DNA of 63,857 bases, counting the filler, from Conidiobolus incongruus B7586 (lineage: Eukaryota): the NCBI GenBank assembly GCA_000697335.1. It is 5 parts of 5 records of this genome, joined end to end, with 100 filler letters (N's around TTAATTAATTAA, not from the genome) between each part and the next. Parts side by side here need not be neighbours in the genome. Positions count along the whole stretch, not along the records: positions 42,499 to 55,659 come from JNEM01006122.1; positions 55,760 to 62,717 come from JNEM01006128.1; positions 62,818 to 63,857 come from JNEM01006177.1; 2 more parts are not named here. One strand, given 5' to 3'. Positions 54,435 through 63,857 of this stretch are shown here, piece after piece. Each line of letters begins with the position of its first letter. Within the stretch, counting starts at the first letter, position 1. Below the pieces are notes generated by a model that worked only from the letters and a program-made list of their open reading frames with translations, searched no databases and was not told where the DNA came from. Made by a program: the position numbers and the translations under genes.

Positions 54435-55659
54435 ATGAAATCAGATTGATAAAAATATAGTAATATTTAAAGCAAGATAGAATTTAAGTTTTCTAATAAA
54501 TTATTGAGAAGTTATTATTGATTAAAGATTATAAAATTAAAAAATGATGATTTCTCAAATTTATATAATAATCATAATATGCATATCCAATTTACCAATT
54601 AAATCCATCCTTCTCAATCAATCTCCTTTTTGATAATCCCTTATAATTATTAAGAACAAATCCTAAGTATAACTTTTAATATCAAACAAAGTGATAATTG
54701 TATTCGTTATAAATATTTTTAGTTTATTAAGTAAATTTTAATACTAATAATAATGAAACAAAGTTAATTTGATTACTAAGAATATTTATTTATTGAATAA
54801 TCGAATCTCTTATTGAATATTTGGTCTAATATCAAATTTACGCAATACTCGGTTTCTTAATATTTAACAATTGATAAATTGATATTTTTAGATAGATAAG
54901 ATGATTGGATGTAAATATCAAAACTAAGGACTTGAAATATAGTAATACATCTCTATTATTCCTTTCATGAAAACCTTAAATATATCATAGTCAATTGTGA
55001 TAAATTGTATATAGAACCAATGCTTGCAAAATGTTCATGTTCTTATATAATCACTCTAACAATTCAATTAAATTTCCACTTTTCAAAATCATAATTCCAA
55101 AAATATATGTAATTTTTAATTAAACTATTTCACCACAAAAGAGTTTAACAAAACATGATTTTTATTATGGATTTATTTCTGGTATTTGTAAAAGTATAAT
55201 TTTGAATATATTTATTATAAATGTACACTGATAGTTTTTATTAGATGAAATTATATTACTATAGAATTGAAGAAATGGGAAATTTTTTAATTTCTGATTT
55301 TTCAAACATTATTAATTTCAAATAAAAAAATAATTTTTTAAAATTAGTTGTTTAATTTAATTATGCTTAAATTAAATAGTAATTATCAAGTTTTTTATTT
55401 TAATATTAGTAAAACTAAACCATAAACCCTTTAAAATTATTTAAATTTTATAAGTAACTTTTAGTAATAAAGCATTATTTAAATTAATAATTTATTATTA
55501 GGTAAATTACTTTAAGGTTAAAAGAAAAAATATTTAAAGTTTGTTAAAATTTAAAAAATTAATTTTAATTATTATTTTTTTAATTGTTAATAAAATAAAA
55601 AAGTATATTAAAAAATACCTTTTTATTTTGATTAAAGAATTATTAAAATAATTTAATAT

Positions 55660-55759
55660 NNNNNNNNNNNNNNNNNNNNNNNNNNNNNNNNNNNNNNNNN
55701 NNNTTAATTAATTAANNNNNNNNNNNNNNNNNNNNNNNNNNNNNNNNNNNNNNNNNNNN
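55660..55759. other. Artificial contig-join spacer
   Basis: 44 N + TTAATTAATTAA + 44 N. Confidence 0.97.
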
Positions 55760-58362
55760 ATTTGATTATAATTTTATAACTTTATAACTTTATAACTATA
55801 ATAATAAAAGATCTTTGTAATAATATAATTTTTTTAATTGATAAATAAAATATAAATAAAGAATTTTATTTTATAAAATATTAAAAATTATAAAAAAATT
55901 TAAAATAACAGAGATTATAATCTTTTCAAGTATAAACCCAATTAATATATAAATATCTATTTAATTATACTATCATAATAATATTAAACTATATATAATA
56001 GATAAAACTTTATATATTTTAATTTATAATTTATTTAAACTATTAATATATTTAATATACTCTCTTTATTCCCAATAATTTATATTTTTTAAAAATAAAA
56101 AAGATTTTCAAAAATTTAAATAAATAAGAGCTGAATTTTTGGAATTTTTTAATAAAATTATAAAACTTTAATAAAAGAATTAGATAATCAAAATTCATAG
56201 ATAAATATAAGTTTGATAGTATAATAACTTTTATATATCTAAAGATTAAAATTTCAATATCTAAATAAAAGATAAAAATAAAATAAAAATAATAATAACT
56301 TATTGGGAAATTATAAATATTTTTTAAATATTAGAATTATGAATAAATTAATAACTACTTTAATAACTATAATAATATTTATTATTATAGTCATTATATT
56401 CAAATTTTTATTAACTTTTTATTTATATCATTAATCTATAAAAACTTTATTTAGATGGGTAAAGTTCACAATATAATTCTGCCACTAAATTCTAGTTGGA
56501 TATAATATTAATAGCCCTTTCTTCAAAACTTTTATTGGGGGCATAGGTAAATAACAATAACTTATTAATAATCTCACCACCTAATTATCTAATTGCTCTT
56601 GATTACTAAAATAATTAAGTTAAAAAAGTTCTTATAAAATTTCATATTATTTTTATATATCTTTTACTATGATCCATATATGAATCAATAATAAAATATT
56701 ATATATTTAATAATTATTTTAATTATTAGTAAATATATATTATATTTGTTAAAATAAAATACCTTAGTAACTTGATAAATTCATTTTTTAAGTTAGAGTG
56801 AAATTTAATGAGATTTCAGATTGCAAGTTCATAGATTATTCTACTATGTATAATTGGTTAAGATGGTATTATGGTATTTGTTAGAAATCATCATGTTAAC
56901 TCACTATTATTAGCTGCTTTAGTTTCCCCTTTCCTCATTTAGATGCAAATAAAATTAGGAAAATGATAAATATAATTATCAAGTATAATTAATTTTGAGC
57001 TAAATTATACTCCAAACCCTTTTTTAGGAAGGAGGTTAAAATATTATATTTTAGAATATTCGAGGGATACAATGCTGTAACTTAAATCTATTCAAAAATA
57101 GTTTAATTTATATTAATATTAGTTAGATCCCTTAACATCATTAATCACCAATTATTTTCCAAGTTGCATTTGTAAAATGCAAAATATATAATCAGTATCA
57201 TGCAAAATATTATTTCTGATATTTCTGTGAATTTTGAATATAAAAACAGTCTACCCATAAAATCGCAATAAACAAAAAAAAGTCAAAAACTTGTTTTATA
57301 TTGTAATGATATCTGTAGTTGTATATCATTATAATAATATAAACTTTTAATAATAACTCTTCCTTTTTATTTCAATATTAACAAACTTGAAAATGAAAAT
57401 TTATAAATTAGAGGTAAAATTACTTCAATAGTTTAAATATTGAATATCAGTAAAAAGTTGATATTTATACTTTATGAATGAATTTCATTATACATTGAAA
57501 TACCAGACTTATTTCTCAAATCAATAGATAACACATATTAAATAATATAATCCCAGGTAAATATATTTTATTATATTATTCAAGAAAATATTAAATCAAT
57601 ATGTTTTAATAATATTATCTGTAGTAATTGAGAAAATATTTTTTATTACTCATCTGAAAATAAACATTCCAAATTCTGATTTATAATTTAAAGATATAAT
57701 TCAAACTATATAGCTGAAACTTTGTTGATGCTTAAAGAAAATACTATATAATACATCATCATTAAAAATTAATAGATCAATATATTATTTTTAATTGTGA
57801 TTTTGATAACCATTAATAAACTGTTGGTATTAATTGAAAAAGAATAATGAACTACAAACTGTTTATTCACATGATCAACTCAATTTTAGAAATATTAACT
57901 TTGTTATTTGGAAATGATTTACAATATTCCAAGGTTCTAAACTAATTGATTGAAACTTTTACTAACTTGAAAATACAATACAATGTTATAAAAGTTAAAA
58001 ATATCATTTTATTTGAAAATATAAATAAGAGTCTATTGATTTCAATTGCTTTAACATTCCTGACAAATAGTGTCCTTATTAAATTGTCACTCATTATTTC
58101 AAGTCATTTTAATTTTATTGTTCAAATCACCAACTACGAATTTTAAATGAGTGAATACAAATTAATCAATATTAATGTTAAATTTGAATGGAATTAATCA
58201 TTTTCAAATATTACTATCTTTTTTAATCTTCTATTCATTAATAATCAAAAATAATATACTGTAATATATAAATATATATTAAAATAATTCTCAATATCCT
58301 ATTCTTTTCATTCTGTTCATTTTATGATCTTTGTTAATTAATATTGATTAAATATATTTAAA

Positions 58363-61300
58363 ATGACTACTCACGATAAATTTGTAAGTTTTGGAGAAAT
58401 GGAAGGAGACGAACTTAAACCTCCTTCAGTTTTGTCTAAATTATTTACTAAAATTAAAATTAATTGGCCAAACTCTACTCAATCTGAACTTGCTAATCAA
58501 CAGTCTCAAATTAAACCTATACAAACTAGTCAAGATATTTCTTCAAAATCTACAAGTCCCGTGATGAATGAACAATTACTATCACCCAATTCAGAGAAAA
58601 CCCTTTATGATCATAAAAAAAGACCGAATAGTTTAACGCTACTTGATCCTGGGCATTCTTCACCTTCAGTATCCTCATCGCAACTCTTTACAAATGATAT
58701 TATCCCACCACATCCTTCAAGTCCCAACAAATTAGGAGTCGAAATAAACTCTCATTTCACCTCTGAGGACGACTCTAGTAGTTTTCACTCTAGCTCTGTT
58801 TCTCATAAAAATATGTTTATGCAAGGGAATAATAGTTCTACTGCAATTTTGAATTCCAGACCATCAGAAGCAATAACAGGAATTTTAAAGAGATTAAGAG
58901 GAGAAGGAATTAATAAAGATTATTGGATGAAAGATGAACATTGTAAAGAATGCTATGAATGTAAACTGCCCTTTAATACATTTAGGCGGAAACATCACTG
59001 TAGAATATGTGGTAATGTTATAATTTCTTTCATATTGAATATTAACTATAGCTGCCTTATTTAAGTTCATAGTTCTTAAAATTATTACTAATACGAATTT
59101 ATTTATTGTCTAGGACAAATTTTTTGTTTCAAATGTGCATCTCATATGATCCCTGGTGATAAATTAGGGCACCCTGGCTTGATAAGAGTCTGTACACATT
59201 GTTGCAATCTAGTCAAAGCTCACGAACAGCATCCAGAAACATTTGGAGTTGATAGAAGTGGCGATCACTCCGATCAACTCACCCCCTCAAGTAACAAGAA
59301 ATTTTCTTACGGTAGGGATCGAAAACCCTCAGATACATCACCAAATATGCTATCAAAATCATCACCACATTCTAAAGAAGGCTTTAAACAAATGCTAATA
59401 GCTGGAACGCGGACTGTCAATCCAGCTAATCATCGAAGAGACACGTCTGCGCCATTTAGAAACATTGCTAAACCTTACGCTACCAATAACTTTATTGACA
59501 ATGAAAATGTACTAGATTTGGATACAAACACTGTTCTTGTCAACCCTCAGTCTGATGAAGAAGAAAGTCCTAACAATATTATGTCATCTTCCCCAAATAA
59601 CGATTTTACTATGATGAGTGGGTATATTGAGAGCATTTCAAATGAACTAGAAAAGAAAAATTCAACCAATTTGTTAAATGTCCAGAGACCAGTGAATGAT
59701 ACACTTGTAAAAAGGAGCTTTACTTTACCCTCAGTGGTTTCGCCTGAAGTTTCCAGATTTGCTAATCTTCACGATTTATCTCAGGTAGCAGCTGTGGAAG
59801 ATATTGAAATACCTTCACCAAATTTATTATCAAGTCCTTTGATTCATAATAATCATTTGAATGCTGCCTCCTATCAGCACTTAAATAGGCTAATATCTCA
59901 GTGCTTGAGACAATTCAAAGTACCAGAACCCGAAATTTGGCAGCCGATTATAAGGGATTTAGCCTTGAAAGCAGCATTCAGTCTCGAATTAGATGTCAAA
60001 AGGGGTGACTCTCTAGATATTCGTCACTATGTTAAGGTGAAAAAAATCCCTGGAGGGACTCCCAATATGTCTGAATATATTGATGGAGTGGTTTGTACCA
60101 AAAATCTTGCACATAAAATGATGCCAAGAAAGATTTCTAATCCAAGAATTTTAATTTTGAACTTTCCCTTTGAATATCAGAGGGTTGAATATCAGTTTTT
60201 GTCTATTGAATCTGTTTTAGCTTCGGAGCATGAGCATTTGAAGAACATGGTAGCAAGGGTTTTGTCTTTGAGACCGACTTTAGTCATAGTTGAAAAGAAT
60301 ATATCCCGAATTGCTCTCGATTTATTACTCAAAGCCAATCTTAGTGTCGCGACTAATGTTAAACCTTCGATCATATATGCAATTGCAAGGTGTACTCAGG
60401 CACAAGTACTAACATCTCTAGATCAAATAGTTTTCGATCCCAAGCTTGGAGAGTGTGAACATTTTGAAGTTAGAACTTATGCACATGAACTGATTCCAAT
60501 GTGGAAAAAGAGTTATTTATTTTTCTCTGGTTGCTACAGTCGATTAGGATGTTCTTTAGTGTTAAGAGGAGGCGATTTAACATTGCTTAGTAAGCTGAAG
60601 AAAATTCTCGAATTCACTGTCTATTCAGCTTATCATCTGAAACTTGAAAATGTTTTAATGAGAGATCAATTTGTCAAGAACCCTGAAGTTTCACAAGATT
60701 ACAACCTCATGGATGATTTTGGTTCTATGCCTCAATCTCCGGATCTTCTTTTCAACGAATCTATTAGTAACAACAATAATGTTTCTTTGGTTGACAAAAA
60801 TATCGATATTCTTCTTGATCTATACAAGCAAAGATTACTATCTATCTCTCCTATGGTCAAGTTCCCTCCTCCATATTTATTACTCCAACTCAAACAGGAA
60901 AAAGACAGTTTGACGAAGCTCAAAGCCCAATATAACAATATGCTAACTTCTCAAAACACTGATAATTTAGAATCTCCTCGACTGTTGGATGGGTTAACAT
61001 TCCAAAAGAATCAACTGGAAATTGAATTATCACTTCAAAAGAGCTATTTAACTATAATGGAGGAACGCTATGAGCAAATGAAGAGTAGTGAATTATTGAT
61101 GAAAGCTATGGAATTTCCTATTAGTCCATTTTCTCACCAGTCTATTACAATTTTATACTGCAATGTTTATGTTTCTGAAAATCTTATTTGCCAAGCACCT
61201 CAGAAACATACAATTGAATATTATCAAGAAAGCGATATGTCACTGGGTCAATTTTTAGAGGAACTCTGTTTTGATCTTTCCGTCATTTGTGGTACTTGTG

Positions 61301-62717
61301 ATCAATCCTTCCTTTCACATCTAAGAAGTTATGTCCATGGAGATGCAAGAATGACTATTACTGTGCAACAAATGGACTGTCCGCTTCCTGGAATGGAAGA
61401 CACTATCTTGATGTGGAATTATTGTTTGATCTGTCAAAAGAGTTTATTAGTGGTACCAATGTCTCAAGAGACTTACAAGTACTCATTTGGCAAGTACTTG
61501 GAATTGATGTTTTACCACACCCCCATTACTTGTCGTGCCGATTTATGTCCCCATGACATTCACAAGGATCATGTTAGATACTTTGGTTATCGAAATTTGG
61601 CAGTTAGGTTCCAATATGAGAAGATTGATCTTTTAGATGTCAATGTACCCCCCACCAAACTAAATTTCAAACCTAGTATCTCTACCAAACTCAAGAATGA
61701 TGATTACGAAAGATTGAAATCTTTAATCAATGCTTACTGGGATTCAGTGAACGAAAAATTGAAGAGTTTAATGGTATATAGTATGTCAATTGAAAAGCAT
61801 GACACTTGCCGAGAAGAATTACTAGAAATGGCTAGACGAGTAGGTGCCGAAAGATCTTATATCCTGCAAGTGCTGGAGCAAACTTTTTTGAATAGTCACC
61901 CTACTGATACTTTAGCTTTGAATTTGGTATTAAGAGTAATGCAAGAAAAGGTTGCAGAATGGGATGGTGAATTTGCAGATATTATTGATAAATACTTGCA
62001 AACAGAAAAAGATTTGAGAAGATTAACTGCTGTTCAAATTAGAAAGCTATTCCCCGATAAAGATGAGACTCCCGCTCCTTTACCTGACGGCTCTAGCGTG
62101 AACGCAGAAGAAGTTCAAGAAGCTCCCGAAGAAACACCCATTCAATATCAAGGCCCTTCCGCTCTTGGTCCAATTTATCCAACTTTGGGTGGCACACCTT
62201 CTGGATCTCCTACTGATGAATTACCTATCAATCCCATAGAACTTTCTTTGGATCATACTTTTGGTCATCTTTATCAACCTATCATGGACGGACGTACTTA
62301 TAGAAGATATTCATTAAAACTAATGCAAGAAGATCACAATTCACACAATCAAGATGCATCTAAGGAAACTCTTAAGCCCTCAGACAATCTTATCGATCCT
62401 CAAAAAATTGATGAAAAAGAGCAGCTTGATCATCCAATGTATAAACCACATTTAAATAACTCTGAATTTCCAAAAGTAGCATCTACATTAAAATCTTCTG
62501 GCACACACTTTCTTTCACGGATGGATTCCAGCTCTTCATCTCATTTGCCTCTTGTCACCAGGTTTTCTGAAAACTCAAAAGACTACAACTCTATCAGGAG
62601 GTCTAATACAACTGCTGCACCTTTATTTTCCCCTATTCCTACTCCCAAGCAACAAATTATTAAACCTCCCACTATAGGCGAAGGTACAATTGGCTCAAAC
62701 ACCGCTAAAAGGATGGC
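58363..62717 (+). CDS. FAB1: 1-phosphatidylinositol-3-phosphate 5-kinase Fab1/PIKfyve; kinase domain lies beyond the gap
   Basis: FYVE finger (YWMKDE..C..C...FRRKHHCRICG|QIFCFKC, intron ~59012-59113), CCT-like domain (YVKVKKIPGG...DGVVCTKNLAHKMM), Cys/His-rich region (YSFGKYLEL). Confidence 0.96.
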
Positions 62718-62817
62718 NNNNNNNNNNNNNNNNNNNNNNNNNNNNNNNNNNNNNNNNNNNNTTAATTAATTAANNNNNNNNNNNNNNNNNNNNNNNNNNN
62801 NNNNNNNNNNNNNNNNN
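62718..62817. other. Artificial contig-join spacer
   Basis: 44 N + TTAATTAATTAA + 44 N. Confidence 0.97.
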
Positions 62818-63857
62818 ATAAAAATAAATAAATATTTTAATTTATATTATATTAAAATCAATATATAATATAAATTTAATAGTTTTTTATTATTAGTAAC
62901 TTTTTGCTTTATTTTTAATAAACTATTGATATTTAAAAAATATTTTTTTTGATTATAGACTGAAATTTAAAAATTTCACTAATTAAATTTATTTGCCAAA
63001 ATTTTCTTTCTTATAAGTTGATTTTTTAATTATCTAAAGCAATTATAATTATATAGGCTATAATCTAAGAAATATACTAGATATTATAGTCTTTTCCAGT
63101 TATTTTTAATTAGGAAATTTTTTATAGCTTTATATTTATATATTTTCTAATAATGATGCAAAATAGTAGGTTTATTTAAATTATATTAAAAATATTAATT
63201 AAAAATAATTTAATTGAGAAAAACTATATAAAGTTTATTATTAATCAATTTTCCTTAAAGAACTAAATAAAATAGAATATATTATTATAATTTATTATAA
63301 TAATTAATACTTGCTTATTTATAAAATACTTATTTAAAAAGATTTATAAAAAGGGTTAATTTAGTTAAATTTATGATTTTGATTTATATTTAGATAAAAG
63401 ATTATATATAATGATTTAAAATCTATCAATTATAGTTATTCATTATAAAAGCTTAGGTTTTTAATAATATTTTATTAGGGTTTATTTAATAATAAACATT
63501 TTAGCTTTTTTCTAAACTTTAGTTAAATTATAAGATATCTATTTTATATTTTATTTATTAACTTAAGTTTAAATTTTGATATATAAAAATGACCTATAAA
63601 ACTAATATTAAAATATTTGGTTAATTTTTAAACTAAAACAAAAAGGTGGTTTTTAATAAATTTCCTTATATTATTTATAATTAAAAATAATAATAATTAA
63701 AATTAGTTCTTTAGATTTTAGCAAGTTTTAAATAATTTCTTTTTTAGCTTTAAAATAATCTATCTAGTAATAAATGGTTAATTTAGAAATTATTTTATTA
63801 TTAAAAGTTACTTGAAAATTTTAAATAATTTTAAAGGATTTATGGTTAAGTCTTATT
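62818..63857. repeat. Extremely AT-rich, TpA-rich, CpG-poor tract, probably a degenerated repeat
   Basis: No ORFs, and no CpG found on reading. Similar tracts flank the other gaps. Confidence 0.4.

Overview
This is AT-rich, intron-rich eukaryotic DNA with short (mostly ~45-60 nt) GT-AG introns and the standard genetic code. The proteins are fungal-like. An NME6-type NDP kinase, an IPK, a rhodopsin-like GPCR relic and an LPMO-like secreted protein suggest an early-diverging fungus, possibly Entomophthoromycota/Conidiobolus-like (inference). The window is five assembly pieces joined by an artificial 100-nt spacer (44 N + TTAATTAATTAA + 44 N), which truncates LST8, GLN4 and FAB1. Supported housekeeping genes: CLU1 (3' end), NME6-like NDK, SAS10, PRE4, a possible Med5, LST8, two GPD paralogs, BRF1, GET4, an Srk1/Rck2 kinase, GLN4, ERG10, a GH35 beta-galactosidase and FAB1. 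There are also five tRNAs and a tRNA-Ala pseudogene. The most interesting items are a secreted His1 (histidine-brace) LPMO-like protein that I cannot place in a named family, an intronless isopentenyl phosphate kinase-like gene, a decayed GPCR gene, RIP-like CpG-poor tracts at contig ends, and a GPD/GPD/Srk1 osmostress neighbourhood. All calls come from motif recognition by eye; no searches were run.
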